Position numbers and translations under genes: made by a program
Assembly: GCF_009914755.1 (NCBI RefSeq)
Contig: NC_060930.1
Strand: one strand, 5' to 3'
DNA: 64,000 bases
Source: the human T2T-CHM13v2.0 reference genome, Homo sapiens
In this document: in pieces, positions 12,291 to 26,003 of the stretch
Numbering within the stretch: the stretch's first letter is position 1
Layout: every line of letters starts with the position of its first letter
The notes under the pieces: model-generated
Databases searched by the model: none
Seen by the model: only the letters and a program-made list of their open reading frames with translations
Told to the model about the DNA's origin: nothing

Positions 12291-12869
12291 CTCGAAAATC
12301 TGCAATGACTTCCTCCTGGAAGATAATTTTCTTACTACGCATGCTTGACATGGATTTCGAACATCTGCAATGACTTCATCCAGGAAGATAATTTTCTTAC
12401 TGCGCATGCTTGACGTGGATTTCGAAAATCTGCAATGACTTCCTCCTGGAAGATAATCTTCTTACTGCGCATGCTTGACGTGGATTTCGAAAATCTGCAA
12501 TGACTTCCTCCTGGAAGATAATTTTCTTACTGCGCATGCTTGACGTGGATTTCGAACATCTGCAATGACTTCCTCCTGGAAGATAATTTTCTTACTGCGC
12601 ATGCTTGACGTGGATTTCGAAAATCTGCAATGACTTCCTCCTGGAAGATAATTTTCTTACTGCGCATGCTTGACGTGGATTTCGAAAATCTGCAATGACT
12701 TCCTTCTGGAAGATAATTTTCTTACTGCGCATGCTTGACGTGGATTTCGAACATCTGCAATGACTTCATCCTGGAAGATAATTTTCTTACTGCACATGCT
12801 TGACGTGGATTTCGAACATCTGCAATGACTTCATCTTGGAAGATAATTTTCTTACTGCTCATGCTTGAC
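12291..12869. repeat. Minisatellite (candidate VNTR), 65-bp unit, ~9 copies
   Basis: Unit TTCGAAAATCTGCAATGACTTCCTCCTGGAAGATAATTTTCTTACTGCGCATGCTTGACGTGGAT starts at 12291, 12356, 12421, 12486, 12551, 12616, 12681, 12746 and 12811, with only a few substitutions per copy and no indels. Confidence 0.98.
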
Positions 12870-14303
12870 AGCTGGGTCTCCACACTGCATCACTTCCAGG
12901 CTCCTTTCACACAGCCCTCCTGGCATTCTGCCTGGAAATATGTCATATAGCAAGTTTCACACTTTTTTAACATACTTGCAAAAAATCTTAGGTTAGTGCT
13001 AACCTAAGATTAGTGCATTGTTTCTAAAAGGCCAACGCATTACATTTTTCCTGAGAATAAATATTGACAACTCCAGGATTTAAATAGTGCACTTGGCTAA
13101 GATTATGGATTTTAGGTAGTCTGTATATCTTTATGATATTGTCCTATGTATTTTAACATTCTTCACTTTTCTTAGTACTGCCATTTCATGATTTTTTTTT
13201 CCTTTTGGATGCTATTGATTAGTACATAAATTCCTTGGTTGTACACCCTGTTTTCATTGCTAATCCAGTAGAAGAAAAGCAATATGCCCAAAATCTTTTA
13301 CAAAAAAAAAAGCTTTCTTGCATCTGCTGCTTGCATTCTTTGTGTGATACAGTATTTTCTCTCATTATTGTTGGTCTTCAAAGGCAACAACAGCATAAGG
13401 TCTGCTCAGGCCAGAGGGCCTCCTGATATAGTCCTCATGGAGACCACACAGAGCCTTTCCAAGAGGTCAAAGGAGGCCAGAAGTTTTTGGTTCTTTTTCT
13501 CCTAACTTTTATGTTCATCCCAGGTAAGCCTCCATCTCCAATCTCTGTCTACTAGAATCTATACACAAGCTGGTGCACCAGCTTGCCTGCTCTCACTTGC
13601 CTTCCTTTGATGATACCATAATGTCTCTGATTCTACAACTTAATTTTTCTTTCACTCAAGTCTAGTCCAGTAGATACACATTCCTGTTATGGCAAAAGAT
13701 CATGTACTGCTATTTATGGAACTGTAATTTATTCTGTACTTATAGGTGAATTAGGCAAACCAATAATGCCAGCAAAGCATATAGATTGAGGCCAACATTT
13801 GCAGTCATTAGACAAAGTGGACTCAGCCACTATTTCTAAGTCTTTAGTTTGGCCTAATACCTAATGTTACATTGATGCCATACTGTAAGCTCCTTGAAGT
13901 AATTTTCTACATTTTTAAAACTCAGCCTATCATTGCTAAAATAATAAAAATTCTAATGCAAGTTGCTCTTTATTTCTATTACCTGTAAGGACACTTGTAT
14001 TTGAGAATACACACTTGAAATGAGTTAAATATACCAACATGGATGTTTGGCTTCAAAGACCAGGAGCATGTCGGATCCGGGCTCACTGCTAAGCTTTCTC
14101 TGACTAGGCATATAAATCAACATCTTCAGTGCTTTTAGGGCCACCATGCAGCAATTCCATGATGCTTGGCTCAAGCTCTGCGCATCTCACATTAGTCCTC
14201 CTTTCACCCAAGCTGGCTCCAGTAATTGGGTGACTGTTCTGGCAGAATCATGTGCTACCATTTAAAGTGAACTAGACAACCAGTTGATACTGGGTGAGGA
14301 TAG

Positions 14304-14614
<311 letters not shown>

Positions 14615-16289
14615 GAGGCTAGGAGATTCATAGAGGACAGAGAAGACATTCTAGGCTTCATATTGAAATTGTAAATGTGAACCCATAAACAAGTCAATAG
14701 AGATCAACTTTTGCATGCACGATCTTATTTACTCTTACATAATACCACCAACTACCACTTAACTGGAATGTCATAATGTAGAATCTAGACAATCTTTATT
14801 AAATTATTAAATTAGCTAGAATCACTCAACATGGTATTGTGGTAAGAGTAAATAATAAATTTTATCTAGCAAATTTATTTTTGGATATACATTACTTCAA
14901 ATAGTTGTGTGACCACAGGAGCATCATAACTCTCACCGGTTTTTTCTTCTGGGAGACAGCTAATAAACAACTTTACTACAATTTAGAAAATAATCCTTTA
15001 GATTTAGTTAAAATTAAAAACATTTCATATACTGGTAGCTCAAATAAAATTTTGGTTGCTCACTAAACCATATTATTTCTCAGACATGATTATATGGTCA
15101 TTTTGATTACAAAAGAAATACAAAGCAAAGTTTATTTGGAAACCTTTTCAAATGTTTCTACATTGTTAGCAAAGCATTATATATTTTCAAAAGTATCCAA
15201 AATTTTTTTTGTTACACTGTAGTAACTTATAATCTAGCTTGTATTTCCTATTTTCCCATAATATTAACAAACATTTACGTATTTGAGAAAGAATTCCTTG
15301 AAGCATAATGAGAATATACTTGTTCAAAAATCTCGCTTTCATGTTTTCATTTTAGGACTATAAACATTAGGTAGTTCAGAAGAGGAGGTGCAATGCAAAA
15401 GGTCCTCTGCAATGCTAGGGAGCTCTGGGCAAAGTGAGAGCGTTCTGCTTTCCCTTAGAGAGGTCCTGGCCTAAAATGAACACGTACTTCCACGAGCTTC
15501 GGGTGTGATACAGAAATATGTATGACTCTATGTAATCCTTATCATGGCGTTCCTACCAACTCAAACATTTTTAAGGTTAACTGAGTACTCGATGTAATTG
15601 TAATACATCCACCTAGTCACTACTACAAGATAGTCTGTGTGGCTGCAGGCTATGAAGGATAGCTTTTTATTTTTTCCTTATCAAGGTAATATTTGGAACA
15701 CTTCAAAAAAGCCATCACAGTGCCATTATAGATGAAAGGCTTCCCGGTAGAAATTTCATTTCCTATACCTGTAACAGGCTTTCCTGCAGAAATGATAGCA
15801 TATGTGATACATCCAAAAGGCTTATCTCATGAAGTCCCAGTGAAATGTATTAATTTTGCTTTTGGAAAATAAAAACATCACTAATTTACTGAGAACTCTG
15901 CAATGCAGTGTAAATTCTGTACCCAAGAAGTAGAGCTCATCACTTAAGTGAATAGAAAAGTAGCCTATAGATGTTACTGTGGTTATGATAAAACACTTTT
16001 AAATCCTGTATATGTTTAAAGTTTAAAGAAAAGCATTTGCATCTCGTTTTCCTAGTGTAATTAATTGGACCTTGAATGTTGTATGTTTCCCTGTGATATT
16101 TGAATGAAAGCCAGGGGTTGTCTTATTATTTGCCTTAATATCTATTTGCAGTAAAAAGCTAACAAAGAAGTGTCCAAATTTGCAGGTAGTGAACCCCCAT
16201 TTAAAAGATATACTATCTCAATCAACTCACCTATGTAACTTTATTAATATAAAAAGAGATATCCTGGCTGAGGGCAGCCAGAAGTTACT

Positions 16290-16815
16290 CTGGGATAACT
16301 AGCCTTCAAGACGTACCTCTTGGTAGTCATACTCTAGCATAATACCTTCCCACAATGAATTATGGCTGCCCTGTGTGATCAATACAATATAACAGCAGTA
16401 ACAATATGTGCTAGATTATATAAAGGAATGCAGCTGCCACTTGAACATTTGGATTGCTCATCCAGGGGAAGCCAGCTGTCCTGCCATGGGAACACAGACA
16501 CTGTCCTGCAGAAAGGTCCAAACAGAGAAGAACTGAAGGCCCTTGGCCAACAGCCAGCATCAATTTGCCACATGCACTTCAGTTTGCCACAGTGCCAACC
16601 ACATTGGAAGTGAATCTTCTATCATCAGTTAAGTCTTCAGATGAATGTAGCTCACTGACATCTAACTGCCATTGCATGAGATACCCAAATCAAGAATCGC
16701 CCAGCAGTCTCTCCACAATTCCAGACCTACGCAAACCATGAAAGATAATGCATGACTATTGTCCTAGGCCATACGTTTTGAAGTAACTCATTATGCAGCC
16801 ATAGACACTGATACA
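16290..16815 (+). mobile_element. MaLR solo LTR (MLT1F/G-like)
   Basis: gaagccagctgtcctgcc, gaagaactgaaggcccttggccaacagcc and terminal ttatgcagccatagacactgataca are MLT1 hallmarks. Confidence 0.8.
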
Positions 16816-17064
16816 AACGCCAAAGTTACAAGAAATTCTCCTTTGTTTGCAAAAAAAAAAAGAAAGTTCTTACTCCAGATGCCCACTGTCACCTGGGGTT
16901 GTTGTGTGGTTTAGCAGTTTGAATTTCAAGGTGCATATGCTTTAAAATAAAGGGCTGGCTCTCAGGCCTAGTCTGTCTAGCTGAGCATACATATAGGACT
17001 ATTATTATCTGAGTTATTAACATTTCTTCAAACACAGCATTATCCAGTTTAAATTCTGTCTTCC

Positions 17065-17160
17065 TCAGTAGACACTAAGTTGTAGAACTCAGGCACTGTG
17101 CTGTACCCAATGCACCAGGCACCTTTTCTGGTATACAGTAAAAGCTCAGTAAATGTTGGA
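17065..17160 (+). mobile_element. L2 3' end fragment
   Basis: tctggtatacagtaaaagctcagtaaatgttgga resembles the L2 terminus. Confidence 0.5.
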
Positions 17161-17489
17161 GACAGGAATATGTCATTCATATGTGAATAATTAAATGTAG
17201 ACAAAGCGAATCGAATCATTTCTTGAAGCCTAATGAGTTCTGGGCAAGGCCTTAAGCTGAGTTAAGAGTTACTATTGCAGAGCTTTTGTTTTCACTTCCA
17301 GGCAGTCCTTGGAATGCTGCTGGGCCATTTTGTTTGTATATGTACTAAACCAGCTGGGATTGTAGGAGTTTTAGAATGTTTTGAAAGAATAAATTTCTCT
17401 GAAATGAGAAGTGGATTGTCATTTTAGGATTCGGAGTAGTTGAGGATGTGTTCCTCGTGTTTGAACAGGAGTGCAGTCAGCATTAGTGT

Positions 17490-17858
17490 TGTCCAGCCCT
17501 CCTTGCTGCCCCACCACATAGAATATCGAGCCAGCTAGTCCCTTTGTTTTTAGGTGGGACGTGTCACTAGTTCTGGCTAACAAGGTGGAACGATGGGTAT
17601 CACTTCCCAGCCAGAGCATAAGACGCCAACTCTTCCCTGCCTTTGTGACTGTGGCAACTTGTCATGGTGGAGCCTCGTGACAAGGACCTTGTCTGTCGCG
17701 TTCACTGTTGTCACTCAGTCAGCCTGGAGCCCGAGGTCCCACATCGAGCAGACCCACTCTGGACCCGTCGCTTGTGTTAGAAAACATTTTTTGTTGTTGT
17801 GTAAAGCCACTGGAACTATTGGCACATTTGTTACAGAAACATAATTTTCTGTGCTGAT
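17490..17858 (+). mobile_element. MaLR solo LTR (MLT1I/J-like)
   Basis: gtgtcactagttctggctaacaagg...ttgttgtgtaaagccactggaactattggcacatttgttacagaaacataa. Confidence 0.7.
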
Positions 17859-17951
17859 AAAGGCCAGTGTAAGATCGATATAAATTAATCACCCTCCCAT
17901 ATGCACATGCACACACACACACATTTATACAAAAGAAGCAATCATATTTAC

Positions 17952-18612
17952 TGTGTTTTTACCTGCCCAGAATTCTTCTCCTTTTTTGGTAAGAACAACT
18001 TCACTGACTTCTGAGAAACCACAAGTCTGATGCATTTAGGTTCAAGGTGGGCTAACTTATCCCCTAAACACACAGGCATGAACACACACACACAATATAC
18101 ACACAGGCATAGGGTTTGACTAGGGTGGGCCTATCCACCTGTTTAGTTCCCATGGCCATAGTGGTGTTGGAGATAGTATGCAACCGAGGACAGCGCAATA
18201 AGGGTCACTCCTATGACTTTTGCTGGAACTATTAAGAAAGAGGCCTTCTCTTCCCACTAGGCTTGCTAACTGATAGAATGTAAGCCTGAAGCTTATGGTG
18301 CCTTTCTGTCACCAAGAGGACACAGCTGACTTAATGAAGTAAATTCCAGAAAATTTGCTTAATTATTGTTAAATGATTCTGTGAACTCTCTTCATTTAGC
18401 AACTGTTCAGGAAGGTAAGAAAAAGAAGCAAACTCGGGAATATCAACAGATTTGAGATGTCTGAATTAACTTCGAGCACCTGGATTAAGTCATGTCTAGG
18501 CCAACATTAATGCCAGGAACTCAAATATTTAATCCAACAATCTCTCTTTTTTTCTTACGCCAGTCTGGCTGGATTTCTGCTTCTTGTAATTGAAAGAGTC
18601 CTAGCTAATACA
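17952..18612 (+). mobile_element. MaLR solo LTR (MLT1K/L-like)
   Basis: catggccatagtggtgttggagatagtatg...gacttttgctggaactatt...gccagtctggctggatttctgcttcttgtaattgaaagagtcctagctaataca. Confidence 0.75.
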
Positions 18613-18909
18613 TCTTCTATATGCACACGGCTGTACTAGATATTTGGAGGTAGATGGAAATGCAGAAGCCGAAGACAAGCAAATATAACATGGTCCTTGC
18701 TTCAGAAATTTAAAATTTGTTTACAGGGACAACTATAATAAATGAAAAGCTAAACGCTCCAATCCATGAGCTCTTCCAGCAGCGTTAAGGAGGTCTAGAA
18801 AAGCTACTTATTTCCTGCACTGTCACCGCTGACATTGAGTGTTAGGGAACTCCTTACCCATTTTTATTGAGGCAGAAGAGCACACTCGGCAGTAGAAATG
18901 TAAGATTTT

Positions 18910-19209
18910 GGCCGGTCACAGTGGCTCATGCCTGTAATCCTAGCACTTTGGGAGGCCAAGGTGGGTGGATCACTTGAGGTCAGGAGTTCAAGAACAGCCT
19001 GGCCAATGTAGTGAAACCCCATCTCTAGTAAAAATACAAAAATTATCTGGGCATGGTGACTCCCACCTGTAAGCCAAGCTACTTGGGAGGCTGAGGCCTG
19101 AGAACCACTTGAGCCTAGTACCTGGACGTTGCAGTGAGCTGGGATCTCACCACTGCACTCCACCCTGGGTGACAGAGCAGGATTCTGACTCAAAAAAAAA
19201 AAAAAAAAA
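18910..19209 (+). mobile_element. AluS (Sz-like)
   Basis: Full Alu with poly-A; flanking AAGATTTT duplication. Confidence 0.95.
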
Positions 19210-19479
19210 GAAAGATTTTCTCAAATTTGTGGAAAAGAAACTAAACAAAAATTCACTATGAATCAATTTACTATAAAAGTTCTATTTAACACTTGCAACA
19301 TAAAGCAAATACTTTAAAATTAAAAATCCCAGAGTGCTATGTAATACAAACATGAAAAACATATAAAAGGCTTCTAGTATCATTTCCTAACTAACATCTG
19401 GCTTACTGAATAAAGCTTTATAACATCAACTTCATTTTTCCACAGTTATTATCATAGGTAGTTATAATGTTTTTCTTAA

Positions 19480-19857
<378 letters not shown>

Positions 19858-21078
19858 TAACTTCATCAGGATCTTCACTTTATTTTCAGGGAAACAAATA
19901 TGCAAATCTCCTTTTCTCTACAGTAATCTGTGTGTATATTACATGATGTGGCAAATGATACATTCCTGCTTGCCACAACTAATTTTCACTAATTTCTCCA
20001 GATATTCTATTTAAGAGGGCTATTTTCTAATGGGCAATCTTTAATATTGATCCAGTAATTTACCATACAGACTCAAGAAAAAGAAACTGAAGATGTAAAT
20101 TTTTACTTCAGCAAAATACCTTCTTCACATGACTTAAAACATAAACATGATTATCAGGAAGTATTATGAAAAATGGGACTATGAAAAATGGGACAATAAA
20201 AATTCTCCTAGGGAAACTTCCATCAACAAGAGGGGACGGAAAAACAGCATTTTCTCTCACCAAGGAACAATCCCCTCCCCATTTTTTTTCATCTTGTTGG
20301 TGAAACTCTAAAATGAATGTGAAAGCCACATAAGCAACAGCAATTGGGTAGGAACTGTGGAAGGAAGCCAGAGATATTGTCATGGAGAGACATCTTCCTG
20401 AAAGTGAGGGGAACACTGAGGGGTCAAAATCAGAATGGGGTAAACCAATGGGTGGATAGCTCCACTAGACCAAATTTGGTTTAGAGTAACAGAGGAGGCA
20501 GGTGAAAATTAATAATCACACAGCAAGGCCACGGTTGGAAGAAGCAGTCTGTATCCATGAGGCAGAGAGTAAGAAAGTGAGCAATACTAGAATAGCAGGT
20601 GGACTACTGCTCTACGCCCCACCACATACAGGACACCCCTCCACAATACATGTCCATGAAACCCAAGTATTCAATGTTGAATAACACATACACACACACA
20701 CATGCATGTATGCATGCATGCACACAATCTATACAAACATACTACAAGAAAAAGTCTATTTATAGACTAAGAAATCTCATCAGAAAAATGTTGTTACTCA
20801 ACAGAACTCTCTGGCAACCTATTCTAGTAAGAAATGAAAACCAAACAATGAATCAACCAAGCAGTTGTGTCCATGAAACAAGACAACAGAGCAGAAATAC
20901 AAGAGCTGGAGACATAACAGAGAAACTTAAGGAACAACTGAAAAAAAAATAAAAATAAGATGTGAAGTGACACAAAGGTACAAACTCACTGCAAAAAGCA
21001 CTACAAGGAAAAAGATAGAAAAAAGAACAATGAGCTAAACGGCCTGTATGATTTGGAAAAAAAAGAAATCAAAGAAGA

Positions 21079-21472
<394 letters not shown>

Positions 21473-22469
21473 TTATAACTTATTAAAATGATCAGTTTGT
21501 GGTTTGTGGAGCAAAAGAATCTTCTGGACAGCCAAGCAGAAAGATCAATTCACTTATGTGGAGAAATAAATCAGACTTGCCTCTGACTTTCCCACAGCAA
21601 CATGTAAATATCAAAAAAAAAAAAAAAAAAAAGCTAAAATGACACCAGTAAAAAACACAAGGAAAGAGTGTTCCAAGAAAAGTAATACAGCATGTTGAAT
21701 ATTGTTCTCAAAATTTTTTGGAAAAAACCGAACTATCATTAGCTTAATAATAGAACTAAGACTGAAATCATTGTGGATTTTAGGGTAATGGAAAACAGTT
21801 TAGTGCACTTTGTCCTGACTGTAAAACAACAGCATTTCTTTAAAATGGGAGGTGAACCAGAAAAGGTAGATGGGTGGGAAGCAGAGGAAGTACATTTCTT
21901 AAAACAGAGGATACATCTTTTCTCAAATGCTTATGGAACAGTCATTTCCTTGAAGAGACTGCATATCAGGCCCCAATAAAATATGAATTAATTTGAATGA
22001 GGGAACTACTATATACATCATACTCTGAGTACAATGTAATATACACTTAGAAATTAATAAAGCAAAAATAACGTGTTATTAATTTAAAATAATTATTTTA
22101 AGCAATTCTTGAATAAAATAGGAAATCCAAATGAGAATCACAGAATATAGTAAAAACATTGATGATAATGGAAACGCAACACAAGGCAACCCACGCTGTG
22201 CATCTGAACTGATGCTCAGAGAAAAATTCATAGTTGCAAAAGCAAGTGTTTTTAAAAACAAGGAATAAAAAGTATGTTTTCATGCCAAAATGTGGCAAAT
22301 GGAGACAGAACTACGATTAAATATATATAAACAACATAACCATAAAAGTCAGAAAAAAAGAATATTAAGAAAAAAATAGAAATTGCTGAATCAGAAAATG
22401 GGCAAAAAGAGCAGAAACATCAAATAAACTAAAAAGCTAGTTCTTCACTGGGAAAAAAAAAAACCTATG

Positions 22470-22828
22470 CAGATACTCCTTGACTTACAATAGGTTTATA
22501 TCACCATAAATTCATTGTAAGTTGAAAATACCATAATCTGAAAATGCATTTAATACATTTAACTATGGCATATCATAGCTTACTGTAGCCTACTTTAAAT
22601 GTGTTCAGAACACTTACATTAGCCTACAGCTGGGCAAAATCATCTAAGAAAAAGCCTATTTTTATAATAAAGTGTTAAATATCTCATGTAATTTATTGAA
22701 TACTGAAAGTGAAAAGCAGAATGGCTGTGTGGGTAGTTCAATTACGGTTCCTACTGAATGCCTATCACTTTTCCACTATTGAAAACTCAAAAAATCATGT
22801 CAAACCATCATAAGTTGAGCATCATCTT
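22470..22828 (+). mobile_element. MER47A-type TcMar-Tigger MITE, full length
   Basis: Begins CAGATACTCCTTGACTTACAAT, contains cagaacacttacattagcctacagctgggcaaaatcatctaa, ends accatcataagttgagcatcatctt followed by TA; ~360 bp. Confidence 0.85.
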
Positions 22829-23120
22829 TAAGCAATAAACTTCAAACTAATATAAGGAAAGAGAAAGAAAATATACAAAATTAAAATAAGGAGAATGGTA
22901 AATATGAGGGAAAGAACTTTGCACAATTCTTTGTAAATTTATTAACTTGAAGTAAATGAACAACTTTATAAGAAAATAGAATTTATCAAAATTGAGTCAA
23001 GACAGGAAATCTCATCAGACCAATTTCCACAGAAGCAAACAGTTATTTTGGACTCGATAACTTTTTAACCAGCTTTAAGCAACTTCTAGAGATTATTCTG
23101 AGTATTTCAAACCACAGTGT

Positions 23121-23421
<301 letters not shown>

Positions 23422-23801
23422 TCAAACCATAGTGTCATTCCGATAAGCAGTATTATTCCAGCGTTTGCCAACCATGCTCAGGCATGGAGAGTTAAGGAAA
23501 TTAATAGCCATATGTACTTTTCTCCAAAAGGAATCTATCGGAACACAAGGCCGTTCCCACACTTTCCACTTCCCACTCACAGTTGCCCCCCTACTCCCTC
23601 ACGGTAAAACAAATGCAGAAGTCTCACTCTTGAGGGCTCTTAGCTTAATTCATTGTCTCGGGGTATAAGACTTTAGGCTGACCCCCAAAAAAGGAAAAGT
23701 TAAAATATGTGTGTCCACTCAGCCTCCTTTAACTAAAGCACTATACAATAAATCATAAATAGTAGGGGTTTGTGTCTTTCCTTGTCATATATATATATAT
23801 T

Positions 23802-24094
23802 TCTTTTATTTCCTTTTTTTTTTTTAAGACAAGGTCTTTCTCTGTTGCACAAGCTGGAGTACAGTGGTGTGATCACAGCTCACCGAAGCCTGAAGCCTCA
23901 AACTCTTGGCCTCAAGTGATCTTCCTGCCTCAGCCTCCTTAGTAGCTAGAATGCCATCATATCTGAGTGATTGTTTTTTAGCTTTCTTAGAGACAAGGTC
24001 CTGCTGTATTGCCCGGGCTGGTTTCACACTCCTAGGCTCAAGTCTCGGGCTCCCAAAGTGCTGGGGTTACAGGCATGAGCCACTCTGCCTGGCC
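23802..24094 (-). mobile_element. AluJ
   Basis: Diverged Alu with J-type gatcacagctcac and ctcctaggctcaag; TGTCAT flanks. Confidence 0.9.
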
Positions 24095-24174
24095 CTGTCA
24101 TGCATATATTTCTGTTAAGGGTATAGGGATATCTGGCCAGTGTTGGGATGGTCTGGACTCAGATACCCATGAAG

Positions 24175-24795
24175 ATCTCATCTAGTCTCAAGGCTTTAAA
24201 CACCGTCTGGATTCTCACTCCCAGATTTATATCTTTTCCGCCTTGCTTTGTTCTCAACATAACTGGCCAACTTCTTCTCAACATTGGTTTACAGCATGTC
24301 CATGAACGTGAAATTCTTTCAACTCACAAGGCCCAACACCATCTGGCGCCTTTCGTCACTTGTAGCTCGCCTCCAGCTCTCCTCACTCACTCTGGCCTCC
24401 AGCCTCTCCTGCCAGCGAATGCTTGCCCCCTTGGAGCTTTGGGCTTGCTGCTCCTTTAATCTCATTCTTCCCCATGCAGCCCTGTGCCTCACTCCCTCAC
24501 CCGGGCTGCGTCTTTACTCAAATGCCTTCTTGTCAAAGAGGTCGACCACTCCGCCTTATTTAGAACTGCACTCTCTGCTTCCTATCCCCAGCGAGTTTTA
24601 TTTTTATCTACAGCATATATCACCATCTGAAATACCACTGTGCATATCTGATGGATTTATCTTGTCTGTCGTCAGCCTTTTCTCTTTAAAAGGAGGCTCC
24701 AAGAGGGCACCGGTGATTCCTTTCCATTGTGTGAAGCTGTAACCCCCACACCTAAAACACAGCCTGACACAGGTGTCAGAAATAGTTACTGAATC
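24175..24795 (+). mobile_element. L2 (L2a-like) 3' region
   Basis: cactcactctggcctccagcc...gtctttactcaaatgccttcttgtcaaagagg...cacctaaaacacagcctgacacagg. Confidence 0.75.
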
Positions 24796-25241
24796 CCTGG
24801 AATCATCACCGTATTCCTGGATTCAGGAATGGGGAAAAAAGTGTTCCATCTGAGGACAGAACTGGATCAAGTTCCAAAGCAGCCTCAAAGTTTGGATGGG
24901 ATTGGAGTGGGGAGTGACACAAGTCGTTGTAATTACATGGGCGGGGAAATCATGGAGTTTTGTGGGAGGAAGGCCAATGTCAGAAGAACGTTTCAGGGAA
25001 ATGGGTCCAGGTGGCTCACTTATCATCATTAAAAAGCTATGCAAGTTTTTACTTCTCTTTCTCCTCTATCCATAAAGTCCTGGTGGTGAAGGCTTACCTG
25101 TTTTTTTCATGGCATTAAACCGAACCATTCACTTCATGATTTTGCCTGGTATCCCAGTAGGTCTTCCCTATCCTAATACATAAAATAGAGGTTGGTTGGC
25201 AATTTGCTGCTTCATCTGTCAGTTTAGAAATAATCCTTTTT

Positions 25242-25550
25242 GGCCGGGTGCAGTGGCTCATGCCTGTAATCCCAGCACTTTGGGAGGCTGAGGCAGGCGG
25301 ATCACGAGGTCAGGAGTTCGAGACCAGCCTGACCAACCTGGTGAAACCCCCATCTCTACTAAAAATACAAAAATTAGCCGATGTGGTGGCATGTGCCTGT
25401 AATCCCAGCTACTCAGGAGGCTGAGGCAGGAGAATCATTTAAACACAGGAGGTGGAGGTTGCAGTGAGCCGAGATCGCACGATTGCACTCCAGCCTGGGC
25501 GACAGAGTGAGACTCTGTCAGAAAAAAAAAAAAAGAAAGAAAGAAAGAAA
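25242..25550 (+). mobile_element. AluSg-like with (GAAA)n tail
   Basis: Full Alu containing ggatcacgaggtcaggagttcg; flanking AATCCTTTTT duplication. Confidence 0.95.
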
Positions 25551-25699
25551 GAAAATCCTTTTTTCTTTTCCTCATTAGCAAAGAGCTCAGTGCTTCCTCC
25601 AAAAGGATATTGGGTCTAGAAATTTGCCAAATACCTGTGAGCATGTCCTTTAGGATTCCAAATAGTACACTCATATTTTGAAATTTGGCAAAGGCTTGA

Positions 25700-26003
<304 letters not shown>

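Noticed and set aside
12291-12869. CRISPR array interpretation of the regularly spaced palindromic repeat
   Set aside because: The units are head-to-tail with no unique spacers, there are no cas genes, and the context is Alu-rich primate DNA; it is a minisatellite.
24148-24742. Longest ORFs in the window (103 and 152 aa)
   Set aside because: They lie within a pyrimidine-rich L2 relic; Leu/Ser-rich, with no domain.
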